This document shows, in pieces, positions 42,307 to 55,619 of a stretch of DNA of 64,000 nucleotides. The stretch's first letter is position 1. Every line of letters begins with the position of its first letter. Both the position numbers and the translations under genes were made by a program. This stretch comes from Kudoa neothunni. Its lineage: Eukaryota; Animalia; Cnidaria. The stretch lies in assembly GCA_964304625.1 (NCBI GenBank), contig OZ199839.1, positions 6,082,311-6,146,310 on the forward strand. The letters run 5' to 3'. The notes beneath the pieces were generated by a model that was not told the origin of the DNA, ran no database searches, and was given only the letters and a program-made list of their open reading frames with translations.

Positions 42307-44949
42307 TGTTTTTGTGTAAAACTAGAATATTTTTTAAATCGTACTGTTTCAAATAGAAAAATTATACTTGATTTTACATAACTAGCTTAGATTGTAAAAC
42401 GTATGAAAAATAAAATAGTGAATATTAATGCCTCATGGCATCACAACAGTCCAAACTTTTTAGGAACATGAGAAAAATTAGACCGATCTAATTTTAACCA
42501 AAAAATATATTTTTAGATCAGTTATTTAAGCTTACTCAAATTTTTATCAGATAATGGTTGATTAAAAACTCACAATTTTATTTGTATCTATGTTAGCATA
42601 AAATTAATTAAAATATGTCTCTCCAATTGTTTCATTATATTTAAGCATTATTATATAAAATAATGAGAGATTAATGCAAAAAACCTATTTTTATATAAAT
42701 AATAAACAACGTAAAATATTTAATGATACTTTTATACTTGTCTTTAATAAATAAGTTTACAGAAACTCTGATAAAATATTTGAAAGAACAACATGCACCT
42801 AAGCGGTTCCGTAAGTTGTTCTTTATGGTAACCAGCATGGAAATCTAGGTTCGAAATAATACGCTGTTGTAAAGGTAGAAATCATTCTAGTTGCATTGTC
42901 TTCAACTTTAAGAAATATATTCTGTAAATTTTTCCTTTTTCTCAAATAACCTCTTGAATAACTTTGTTTATAGATTTTTTTCAAAATTAATTATAATATG
43001 AGGAAATTTTGAAATACATATAAGGTATTTATAACAAACAACGAAAGGATATATTGAAAAATTTTAGTGACTGCGCTAATGAAAGTTAACTAATCATTAT
43101 AATAATGAATTTACGACGATAAAATTGGATTAGGATTTTCTTGAAATCTTAATCCAAGGAACCTTAGATTTATCCTTGGGTCCAATGAATTCCCGGTTAA
43201 GAACTAAACACCGCTTCTGTATACATTTTATTGTTTTCAGCTCTCAATGAAATGAATTGGTTTATCTTTGACATATATTAAAGAGGAAATTCCTTCAATA
43301 TTGGTAGATTAATGTGGTTATAATGGTTAAGCTAGTTATGAAAACCGATAAATCATCAAATTCCATCAAATTGCATCGTTAAAAATGCGTGAAAATGCGA
43401 TGACAGGGCATCACTCAGTAGAAAATGTATTACCTCTTAAATACGGGGTGCATTCGAAGTATTATTCACTTTTAATTTAATTTTTTTTTAATTTGTAAAA
43501 TATTTTAATTATTCAACAAATAATTTTTTTTTATAAAAACCAAAAAATAAGATTTGAGCGTAAATGAAAATAACTTCTTCATACATAAGATCGACAGAAA
43601 AAATTTCAAGTTCTGAGCGCGCCCAAATGTAACATACATCTGCATATGCGCAATCGGTAGTAAAGCGAGATAGAACCAACTCCTTTAAAATTATAGTTCG
43701 CACGTCCCAGTACTACCAGCTACCATTCCTTACACAATACGAGTTTTAAGGTGGTCTATATTTTTCAAAATAACGTAATATGCTATCAATGATGCTTTGG
43801 TAGGTTAGATTTCCCTCTTCTTATAAAGACATGTGATAAATATAAACGAATCATAATTAGAATTTTCTCATTAATATACATATAAAATCGTTTGCCTTAG
43901 GATCAAGTCAGAAAAATGTGATGCTTCTTAGCTCTCACATCCAGAAAATATTAGCGTCATGCAAATTTTAATGTTTATTAATTATAGCTGTAAACATTTG
44001 TTAAGATATGACACAAATTTGTATTTTCGAATATTATAATGTGTTCTAAATTGCAATTACATATAAAACGTATATACGAGCATTTTTGTTTTAAATTTTG
44101 TAGATATTGGTTTGCTTTATCGGAAAATATGGTTGCAAAATTTATCTAGTTTTCAGCTTCAGAGATTCGTGGATAAAAAAATTAAATTTCAATAAAAATC
44201 AATTTATATGAAAAAGTTTACAGAATAGCGCCATTTCTGGATAATCCGGAGTTTAGTATACTTACATATTTGAAACTAAAAATTTGAGATCCGTCTATTT
44301 TCTTGTGACAAATTACTCAACACTAATATTTCTTCTTCTCCCAGTACTATATTTCATTACCAACATAACGATTAATTTAGTTATTGCATAAGTAATTATT
44401 AGTCATTTCACGAAATTTCTTATCTGTTTTGAGTTAATTCTAAAAAAACGCCATTATCGTATATTTTTCAAGATATAAAACATCGCATTAAGAATTAATA
44501 CTATTAAATATAATTTAAAAATTCGTAACTACCAATTATACACACACTTAGACTCATATTCGGAAACGTTATGTGAACTAAGCGATATTTTTTAATTTCT
44601 CTTACTCTTAACTTCTTATTTGTTATATTACAATTTTTCTATAGTTTTAAATATTAATTTATCCTAATCAAATAATAAATCAAATTAAATATAAAAATTA
44701 ATTTCTAACAGTGAAATACGAGAAAATTCTTATTTTAGCATCTTAACAGTCGTATTGAGTCCACAACTTTCAACTTTGACCTTCTAAATAGCTGCAACAT
44801 TTACACCCTCCACATAAAACTGGGATAGAAATTTAACCAATTTATTTATATGACAAAATTGTCTTAAATAAACGTCAGCATTGACTGACAAAATACGAGG
44901 AAGATTCATCGAATAAATTTTGAATAAATGACCGATTATTAAAGATAAT

Positions 44950-45662
44950 TCCTACATGCGCGTGCTATTTTGTTACGTTTCTTTGTATTATGAGTTTATT
45001 TATAGGTGTATTTGTGTGTTTTTTTAATTTCAATATTTATTTCAAGTTTCATGACAGCTTCCAATTAATTCATCCTATTTTAAATAATGCAGTGTAATAC
45101 TGCGCATAAAAACACAAAATGATGGATGGCAAACGGTGTTTCTTTCACAAAAAAAAAAATTTTTTCTAATTCTTTCTAAAACACAGTAATTCTCAAACCG
45201 CTGAATAATTATATCATATATTTTTTGTGAATGTTCTGTACAACGCAGAACAAAGCAAACTGATGAATTGTCACCATAATTGAATAACTAGTATAAGAAT
45301 AATGAGAGAATAAGGCGCAATCGTTGTATTCAGGCAAAGATGACACGCTTATATCAACATTACACATGAGGGTAAGCGTCATTTGCGTCGTATCCAGTTA
45401 TTTATTCATTATTTACTCGATAGAATTCCGGGGAATTTTTAAATCTGACATCTAACAATATTTAAAATAATTTTATTTGGAAGGTGTTTTTACATTAACT
45501 ATGTTGGTAAAAGCAAAGAAAATTTTCAATCCATTTTCTGAAAGCTTTTATAAAAATAAAAGATTGCAAAAACTCGAGAGAAGTTATGTTCCATTTAAAC
45601 GATTTAATATTGTTTGCAAAATTCCCATGGAGTAGAATTCTGCCCCATTTTTACTTGGATGG
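44950..45662. mobile_element. Partial second copy of the 36414-38388 piggyBac derivative
   Basis: 45345-45662 is colinear with 38085-38388; left boundary approximate. Confidence 0.7.
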
Positions 45663-45702
45663 TATAAATTTCCGTGTGACTCAGAGGGTTAAGCATGTAT
45701 GG

Positions 45703-46356
45703 TAGTGGTGTTATGATAAATCATAAAATTAAATATTTACGAATAAGGTAATAACGCAAGAATTTAATGCTTTCGAAATTTTTTATAGAAATTGTTTCTG
45801 ATATGATATGACAAGTTTTTGATGTTTCCATATTATCAGTGAGCTGACGGTAATCTGGTTTGTATGCTGTTAACGCTGTACGAATTACATCCATCTGGAG
45901 TTTGTTGTTTTGTGAGGAAGGGATCCGCGATGTTTCCATTTTAAAAACTTCATGGTTTAATAAATAGACTCATTACAAAAAGTTTTTGCAAAGATAGAAA
46001 AAAGTTGGAGGTAATTTTTGTTTAATTTTGAATATTTGATTACTGGAACATATTTCGAAAATTTGTTTGGTTCCTTGGAATATCGAATCATCTTAAAAGT
46101 TTTGAGGAAGCTTTTATTATTCCGATAGCTATCATTTTGGTAATGGATAAACACCAGTTCTAATTCTAATCCCTAAGGAAACTCGTATTAATTCTAGTTT
46201 GCGAAAAATATTATCTAGTTTACGATTAAAGGGTTCATTTCTTCATTTGATTAGTTAGTTTAAATTTTCCAATTTTTTCGTATTAACATTTTGGTTGAAT
46301 CAAAAAAAAAATCCACTAAAAAAAAGTTTTTCAAGAGCCCAGTTTGGCCACCGCTG
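45703..46356 (-). mobile_element. hAT (Charlie/SPIN/GTF2IRD2-like) deletion derivative
   Basis: ORF 45721-45939 contains IRTALTAYKPDYRQLTDNME, a typical C-terminal tail of these transposases; TIR CAGCGGTGGCCAAA at the 46356 end. Confidence 0.6.
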
Positions 46357-46680
46357 ACATATAGCCTCCAAATAGATCATTCCAAAGATATCTCGTGACA
46401 GATATATACACATTCACTAGAATTTTTCTTTTAATTAACTTTCTTAGAATTATTAATATAAAATTAATGATAAATTTGAATTTTCAGAGTATTTTTCATA
46501 CATGAAATTTTTGTTGTATTTTAATTGTCCGTCATTAATAACTTATCCATAATCATTTTTTTCTATGAATTATATATTGTATTGTATAGTAATTAAAATC
46601 TTTCCAATTGTTTTTATCAACAGTTATTTTTAATTAATAATCATCAAAAATAGATAATCAACCATAAATACACAATCGAC

Positions 46681-47830
46681 CAGTGTTTCCCTACAAATTT
46701 TTGACTGGTAACTCCATTCTAATTTCCGCGCTCCCTCCTTCTTGTGAAAGTGAAGTCTCAATTTTACAGATTTAAATGTGAAAATGATAATACCAATAAA
46801 AAATATTTTAAAATTATACTTATAATTATTTTAATTGGTATTTTAACTTGATAATATTCCTGCTTATTTTTAAAATGCATTAATTAATACAACATCTTTT
46901 GATTAACTCAATTTGTTATGCTCAATTGAAAAAGAAAAATATCTTTTTTTGCCTCATGACTCAACAATCAACAATCAACACTCAACGATCGAAACTATTA
47001 TTTATTCCTGCTCTAAAATAACATTTTTACGTAAAGTAATAAATAAGCCTAATCAAAAAATATTATTATAATTATTTCAAAATATTTATTCAAAACTAAT
47101 ATTAAATTATTAAAATAATGATTATATGCGTTGGATAAAGCTTTGTATTTAAATGAACAAATCAAATAAGCCAAATAAATATGGTCAATCTATACAGTTC
47201 ACAAAATAAAATTTTCAAAAAATGTTATTTGTATTTAATTGATCTGACGGCTCTCTCGCTCTCGTCCGTTTTTGATAAGTAATTCAAAGCGTGACACTTT
47301 TTTGCACAATAGTACATGGAAATGGTTTGGGAGGATTCAGGGAATTTTTATTTGTATACAACAAAGTCGAGAAGTCTGATTCATATGCCAACTTATGCTG
47401 GATAATCCTAGCGAATTCCTTATTCTATATAGAGTCAGACTTTAGTTTAATAATTGAGACAATGGGTTAGGAAGAATTTAGAAAATTCAAAACAGCTGCC
47501 TACCAAATGTACCTGAATAAAAACTAACTAATATATACTGTTAAAATTAGCATTCATTTATTTTAGTGTGTAAATGAATGCATTGATTTTCGTTTTACCA
47601 ACATTTAAAAGAAAAATTAGCCACAATTCATATCAGGGACCAGATACAAACACGAGCATAAATCTTAAACTGTTACATAATAAAGAATATACAGTTAAAT
47701 GGTGGATCTCAAATTTAAACAGAAGATAAAATTATAAACACATTGTGGTTTTATTTTGAATTGTATAGTTTATTTCCAAGTAGATAGAAATGCCGACCAC
47801 CGAACTACAGCATAAACATATAAACATGTT
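46681..47830 (-). mobile_element. Old hAT remnant
   Basis: CAGTGTTTCCC end and minus-strand YESDFSTLLYTNK near 47350-47390, similar to the hAT dimerisation motif; right limit uncertain. Confidence 0.4.
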
Positions 47831-47837
47831 ATCTTAA

Positions 47838-50301
47838 CCCTCTAAAGACGAAAAAAAACTACCCTCCAATTACATTGGGGTCAATATGACCCCAGATTTT
47901 TATTTGATAAATTTGATTAATAAATTTTTATAATCCCGACTGTAAATTATTCACAAATTCTAACGGTTGAATTTTGAGTAAAACATTAATAAATAGGCAA
48001 ATTAATCTGCCTTAATCTCATTCGCAATATCTCGCCGCTCGCCGCCTATTATCGTTAAATTAATATCCTCAAGGATATCCACTTTTAGGATAAAAAATTG
48101 CATATTTAAAGTTTAGATAAGAAAAACACATTCTATAGTTATATTCAAAAGAGAATCTATGTAATAATTAATTCAAACAATTGCAACATTTGTTGGATGA
48201 GTGTACTTGGCAGTAAGGTTTATTACAATCCGAATAACGAAGGAACGTTTTTTATCATTTCCACGAGGGCAATAACTACATCGTGCCCTCTGATTTTTAA
48301 TTTGAGAGACATTTGTAATTTGTTCGGAGAAAGGTGATTTTCTTTTGACAACTTTGTTATTATTTGAATTTCGATGGATAAGTGGTTGGTAGAGAGCTTC
48401 AACGATTTCTTTTAGAAAGTTACGACGGGTTTTATTTTGGCTATTAAAAATATTCTTGTATAATGCAAAAGCATTAATCAAGGATAGATCGAGAATATCG
48501 AAAAAAACTATCATTGGCCATCTGCGGTTGAATCTGCGAACAGAAACTGAGGCAAGCATTCGGTCAATGGTGTCGACTCCCCTTACGCTTTATTTTAGCA
48601 AATGATCATTTCAGGTTTTTTTTTGTGTGAGGTATCAAGGATGTTACCATTGGTGGTTCCAGTTGAAATTAGAATGACAGCTTTATTTTTTGTTGACATA
48701 CGACGTTAGCATATTTTTCTCAAAAAAGGCAAAAGTTGTACTATACAATTCCCTTTTTTTTGAAGCAAGCACACAAGTTGGAAGTTCCCTTTTGTTGTGG
48801 CGAATAGTGCCCAAGTATGTCAATTTTTTTTGTAATAACTGTGACGTAAGTGGAAAAGAAGGAAAAAAATTATCAGCTATGATATTTCTTCCAGAGTGAC
48901 ATAGTGGTTCAGAGAGTGATAGGACAATACCTTCGGCAACATTTAAGTTTCGTTCGTTTTTCCATTTTTACCCAGATACGGAGAGATATTTAAAACATAT
49001 TTTTCGATTTGATCGACAAGTAAAAAAAAGTTTAGACCATATTTAGTTGGTTTCAATGGCATATACTGTCTAAAGGGGCATCGTCCCTTGAATGCAACCA
49101 ACTGCTCGTCAATTGTGACGTCTTGGTTTGGGTTGAAACATTTTGGTAATTCTCTTGTCCACATTTCCCATACTTCACGTATTGGGCAAAATTTATCTGT
49201 GATTCTTCTCTCATGCCTAGTTTTTACGTCATCGAAATGAAGAGGTCGTGAAATTTGGTAAAATCTTGTCCTTGAAAAAATTGTTCGATAGATTTCTCTA
49301 CCCTCAGACACACTGAACAATTCTGCCATGGGCTCCTCCCGATCTTTATGAACAGACATAAGGATAAGAATACCTAAATATCCATCAAACTCTGTGGAAT
49401 CAATGTCGGTCCAATTTTCTTTAAAATGGCTAAGCCCAAAAATGTTTGTGCATTCGATAATTCTCTCACAAATACTTGTAGTAAACATGATGGAAAGACA
49501 ATCCAACATATTACGAACTCTCTGTAAACAATAGGTGGTCGGACCGGGATGCGAGTTCATTATATTTTCAGCTAATCTTTTAGAGACAACAGGTTTGGTT
49601 AAGCTCCAGGTGATTCCACTTTTACTAATTATGAAGCTATCGGTCTCAACAATTTCCAACAGTTCATCCGACGATTCAGAAATTTCAGTCAAAATGTCTT
49701 CAAACTCACTTCCTGACGATTCGTGTTCACCACTTGACATCTCGACAGCACTCATCGCCACGCGATAAAGTTGTGCACAATATTGAGGCTACTCATGTAT
49801 TATTCTAATATAATGTTGAATAAAACAGGATCGTTGCTTTATCATATAATTTAGTATAGTTAAAATATATTACGAAAAATATTATATTCATATTAACCCT
49901 TAAAATAAACACAAAACTATTTTGTTCATTCAACGATCATGACGGAAATGAAGACGCAATAAGCCGATGAAGATTAAATAAGATTAATTAATGTATTTAA
50001 TATCGTTTTACTCGAAATTCAACCATTAGAATTTTTAATACTTTACCATGGTGATTAAAAAAATTTATTATTCTAATTTTTCGAATAAAAAACTGGGGTC
50101 ATGTTGACCCCAGTGTAATCGGAGGATAGTTTTTTTTATTACATTTCACAGTCAGAATTTTTTTGTTATTTTTCGTTTAAAATACCACTACAACAATATA
50201 GGAGAATACATGTAATCTTGTGGCATGAAGAAGAATTCTAACAAAGTTACTGGTGATCAATTAGGTTTTGGGGTCATATTGACCCCAATGTCTTTAGAGG
50301 G
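47838..50301 (-). mobile_element. Full-length piggyBac transposon (2464 bp), frameshifted transposase at 48173-49761
   Basis: TTAA TSDs, perfect 12-bp TIR CCCTCTAAAGAC, and internal repeats CATTGGGGTCAATATGACCCCA with asymmetric spacers. Catalytic motifs IDEQL, ADNFF and GVDTID, plus a C-terminal Cys-rich domain RCSYC. Confidence 0.96.
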
Positions 50302-50448
50302 TTAAAAGATATTAAAGTTACGATTTTACATGGAAATAGCGAATGCTGGATTTATTACACTGAATAGACTAAATATAAACTATTACCTTATTTTTCCATA
50401 TAATATGATCAAATAAAATGAATTATACATTAAATAAGTTTTCATATA

Positions 50449-51636
50449 CAGTCGAACCCCGTTTATCCGAAAATGTTTGGACCTGGAATTTCCTTTCGGA
50501 CACTGAAATTTCGGTTAAACAAAGTTCGATAAATGCTCATATGTGTTAGTTAAAAATTGTAGGTTAATTACATACTTTATTTTTTATTATTCAATGTTTA
50601 TTTTATATTTTCAAAGAAAACTCTACTACATATAAAGTTAGAATAGTGTATACAATTTGAAAACATTAGTTTAAGGCACAGTAATGCTAGATCCAACGTA
50701 GTCGACACACAAATACTACAGATGTGTGAGACCTTAGCGCCGCTGGGCCATATTAGAATGACACATTCTATATTCTAAAAATGGACTATTATTATTAATT
50801 TTTTTGTAATTTCACCTGTATTTGGATATAATGAGATGTACTAATAATGATGGTAAGAATAAAAAAGTAACAATTAGGAGAAATTTCCCAGTATTCTCCA
50901 TAGCGATATTTAGAATTTCCTCATTAATTAAAATAGGTCATATTCCAACTATTTAATATTGTTAAATGATTGTTAAGACTGGATAGGACTTAAAATGGAG
51001 GTGTTATGAGAAAAACTGATAAGTGAACATTGTGACGGATTTGCATATGTTATCTAACATTGCAATATAATAAACAATGGGTAATCCATCTAGGCGGCAT
51101 TTTATCTGTTATCATCATAAACAGTGTGTTTTTCTACAGCGCTACATTAAAACTATTACAACATTGTTGAATTGGGTAAATTCCGAGGATAAATTGGTCT
51201 TATATAGTCACTGCTAGTTTGTGATTATAAAATTCAATAAATTCCATTTGTATATTTATTACTTATGAAAATGAAAATATACAAGGGAATTTATCTTTAG
51301 CCAACATTTATTCGTTCATGATGAATATGGTTGGATTTTGAACATAAAATACAATATTATTTACATTAAGCTATTTCTATTAATCAAACATAAAGTTAAA
51401 TTGAGTAAATAACGAACATATGCATCGAATAAATAAATGTAGGTGTCATTTTAACCAAACGCTAATCTAGATTTCAAGGCATTTTATTCGAAAATTCCAT
51501 AAAAAATTTGTTTCGGATTGCTTAAGCTAAAATTTCGGTTAAACGAAATTATTTTCTATAGAGTCTACATCATGTTCAAATGAATTTTAAAAAACCATTC
51601 GGCTAATGCTATTTTCGGATAAACGGGATTCAATTG
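50449..51636. mobile_element. Pogo/Tigger-type non-autonomous element (1188 bp)
   Basis: TIRs CAGTCGAACCCCGTTTATCCGAAAAT / ATTTTCGGATAAACGGGATTCAATTG with TA TSD; second copy at 13425. Confidence 0.88.
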
Positions 51637-51704
51637 TACCATTTTACGAATAGAAATAATCGATAAAAACACTTGATGATTTTATTACAGCATTACGTCA
51701 TTAC

Positions 51705-51893
51705 ATGATTAAAACAGAGATTAACAATGATTACGCAATAAATAAATTTCGATAGATTTTCAATTTTATTCTAGAATGACTCTGGCACACGAATTTTGCT
51801 CTTCCTATCCCAAGTGGATGCGGGCACGCGTTTAGAAAAACATTGCAATAGACAAATCGATCTTAGTTACAGTATTTAAAATGAAATGAAGAA

Positions 51894-51930
<37 letters not shown>

Positions 51931-54900
51931 CTACAAAACATAACAACACATAGGTGTGGTTGTGATAAATTTGAGATTGAAAACGCGTAAACTAAAATTG
52001 TAGTGCAATACGCAGGCGCTTCTTGGATTATGCCTGGAAGGAGGACGTTCACTTCTACGAACCATAGATGGAATGTTAATGAGGAATGCATTCGATATGT
52101 GTTAGGTTGTAATTCGTTAGACGAATTTCTAGCCAACCTCGCTCATGACGACCCAAATATTTTGGTGAATATGTTGATAGCTTGTCTTCACTGTGACATT
52201 GACACTCGAAATCGAGTGGTTGAGTTTTTAACAGAATATGTACAATCTGACATGATTAAATCAGAATGGAAATATGTTTTGGGGTTGGTATTATCTTCGT
52301 TGTCTATTCTAAGGGACGCTCCGCCAATTTTACATAATTACTCCACAGAAATGATGCAGAAAATAAGAGACCAATTTTCTACTAAAAGTTTGGGTAGGGG
52401 TGTTGATTGTATCATTAAATTTTTGATATAAATTAATTAGATTTGAGTCGGATGGTTGATCACAGTACAGATCTAAAACAACGTTATTTTAAGTTGAATC
52501 ACATGAGTGCTGTTGTTGGAAATACTCCTAATCACAAAATTTTTTATCATCACTCACACGAGTTCAAGGAGACCAAGCATTTTAATGTTTGTCAAACATT
52601 TCTGGATCAACGACGTAGCAAAATCGGTGATTTTAAACGCGTGTAATTGAATTTTAATTAAACCCTTAGAGAAGTTTACTCATCGTGCCAAAATCGAACC
52701 AGCTCATTTTCATCGTATTTTGTGTCTTATTTTCGACATTTAAACTAAGTAATTGTGGTTGTAGGCAAAAATACAACACCAACGAAAACGGAAAAACCTA
52801 TTGTCGATCTGTCTCCCCAATCCAAACCTATTAAACCTTTCGATATAGATATAATGGCGAAATCGAGATCACACCCCAAAACTATATCGAATCAGAAGAA
52901 AACTGTGGTATTGCAGTTGATTGAATAGATTGTTGGTGAATGCTGATTTTAGTTATTGGATTTGGATGTGGATTTGTTTTCAAAGAAAAAGCCTGGTGTA
53001 TCAAAATCAAAAGCGGCTGCTGGCAAAAGCAAATCAACCCCGACCAAAAATGCTCCTATTAACGCAAAAATCTCCCTCGACTCCGACAACAAACCACCTG
53101 CAGCAACCACCTTTAATATTAACAATGCGGCTAGTTTGTATCCCAACACGCATACAGTTAACCTCACTACTCCTATGGGCAGTCGACTTGCTTCCAACCA
53201 ATCTGTTCAACCCAATCTTCAACAGCTACATCAATCCAATTCACAAATACCCAACAATTCGGTTGCATCTTCCGCCAATAGAAACGACGCCAAATTCAAT
53301 ATACCTATTATTCGTGTCAATCCTAATCTACTGTCCAAATTGAATATGTCTCATATGAGTTCCAACCGTAGAATTGTCTCCGCGAACAAACTCAACGATA
53401 ACACTGCTTCGAATGTGAATACTTTTTCCTGGAGATATTTGTTTAGATTAATCATAATCAACCAATCAATCATAATCATTAGGTTCAAACTCCAAGGATG
53501 AACACATCTAATTTACGCAATATGCCACAATTAAACACAATACCTATTACTTCAACAAATAATCCCCAACAACCCTCAGCTCGTAGTGCAACCATCAACA
53601 AAGTTCCGTTAATCGCTAACACTAATCCCATCCCTGTTAGTAATAACCCCAGTAGTTCAGCTGACAAGAGTCGTCAAGACAATGTAACTCATAGTTGTTT
53701 GATATTAGACAAATCTGAATTTAAATTTGAATTAAAGCCGTTGCTATTGTTTCGTAAAAATTAATTTTAAAATAGTACGTGCGCGTGCGTGGTCCTCATT
53801 TTTAATCCATTAAACTTTTACTTTGTGATCACATTTATAGTTTATTTGTTACTAATTATTACTATTATTTTATTATTATTATATTTATTTTATTATTATA
53901 ATTTTTATTTTATTATTATAATTTTTATTTTATTATTATAATTTTTATTATTTATTTTTTTATTATTTTTATTATTATTTTATTATTTATTATTTTATTA
54001 TTTTTATTATTATTTTTTATTATTTATTATTTTATTATTTTTATTATTATTTTATTATTAATTTTTATTATTATTAATTTTTATTTTATTTTTTTATTAG
54101 ATTTTATTATTAATTTTTATTATTATTATTATTTATTATTTTATTATTATTTATTATTATTATTTTATTTATTATTATTATATTTATTTATTATTATTAT
54201 ATTTATTTATTATTTTTATTATTATTTATTATTATTATTTTATTTATTATTATTATATTTATTTATTATTAATTATATTTATTATTATTTTTAATTTTTA
54301 GCGTGATAATTGACCAGCAATAATTATTCACATTCATTATTAATATCAATGGAATGAATTTATTCTTATAAATGAATAGTTTTTGAATTAATCCGAACCG
54401 CTTTATGTATTCGAGTTGTGTTTATTATTAGTCTTATTCAATTAAAATTGCGTGTAATTAGTTATACCCATTCTAACACTTATTATATTACATTTAATTG
54501 AATTCGATAATTTTCGCGCGTAATTTTTCTGATATTTCATTAAAACAACCAACGGCAATTATATTACTATTATAATATTAATTCTCATTGGTATACATAA
54601 ATTGTGGATTAACTCTTTTTTTGTTTAGGCAAAAGAGTTTTTATCGGTTCTTAACAAAGCTCCTACCAATGTTAAAATGTTGGTGGCTAATTTTCTCAAA
54701 GGAAATCGAGGTCTATAAATATATTAATAGTTTAATCTTTGCAATCAGCTAATCCATTTAGATTTACCTCCAGAAGCCAATGGAAATCCAGTTTATCAGG
54801 TGAAACTAACCGAAAGTTGTATCCAACGGCAAATCGATCCCAATCAACCAGCAATTACGGTTGCTATCGAAGAATGGGTTCAGTTGGATTATTCTACTGG

Positions 54901-54940
54901 TTATTTGAAACGGTTTAGAGCTCCACGTAAAATCTCATAG
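51705..54940 (+). CDS. NELFA: Negative elongation factor A (NELF-A/WHSC2) homologue
   Basis: Multi-exon in-frame model. C-terminus NKAPTNVKMLVANFLKGNRANP..VYQVKLTE..VQLDYSTGYLKRFR matches the NELF-A C-terminal pattern (NKVTRPEKALILGFMAGSRENP..IQIKLSE..MNYATGQWTRFK). Also YFKLNHMSAVVG..KHF, KKTVLLDLD and a low-complexity N/S/P linker. AATAAA at 54943. First exon uncertain (proposed GC-AG intron). Confidence 0.78.
53850..54298. repeat. Degenerate (TTA/TTTTTA)n low-complexity tract in a NELFA intron
   Basis: About 450 bp consisting almost entirely of T and A in imperfect TTA units. Confidence 0.95.
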
Positions 54941-55619
54941 AAAATAAATATTGCTGTATACATTTTGTTTCTTTGACCTCAATTTTTTTGAATATGTATC
55001 TAGTTGTGTGAACGTTAAAAATAAATTTAGGCATTATCTTTAAAACGAATTAATTAACAATTATTATTTTTTTTGAATCTGTTAATGATGTATTTATTTG
55101 TTGTTATATTTGATAATATTTTGAGATGAAACCATCATTGGAGAGAAATTGTTCAATCCGTATGGATTTTTAAATTAATATATGATATATAACAGAAAAG
55201 GAATTTTCAATTTCATCATATATATTTATAACTATGGATCGCAGTTATCGACGTTTATTTTCAGAAAATTCGACTTTTTTATTCACAAGGTCAAATCCAT
55301 TGTGAACAAAAGAGGTTGTGTGGTTCGAGCTGGTTTGACCTTCTTCATTTACGCTATTGGCACGTCAGTGTCATATTAAGGCGACCTACGTTTATGCGGT
55401 ATAGTCGATGACGGGTGGGTGGTTCGTAAATTTTTTGAGGTCCCATTGGGATTATGAACGACCCCTCATCATTGTAGTGTGAGATTTTAACCCACTAAAC
55501 ATCCTCGTTTCGGAGCAACCACCACCCCAATCATACCCTGGACTAACCTATAATTATTATTAGTCTAGGAAATTCATTCGTCTGAATGCGGGCGTCGAAT
55601 TTACGGAAACCCCCTATCG

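Noticed and set aside
47870-50290. Repeated GGGGTCAnnnTGACCCC palindromes as CRISPR repeats or nuclear-receptor elements
   Set aside because: They are piggyBac subterminal repeats; there is no spacer array and no cas gene.
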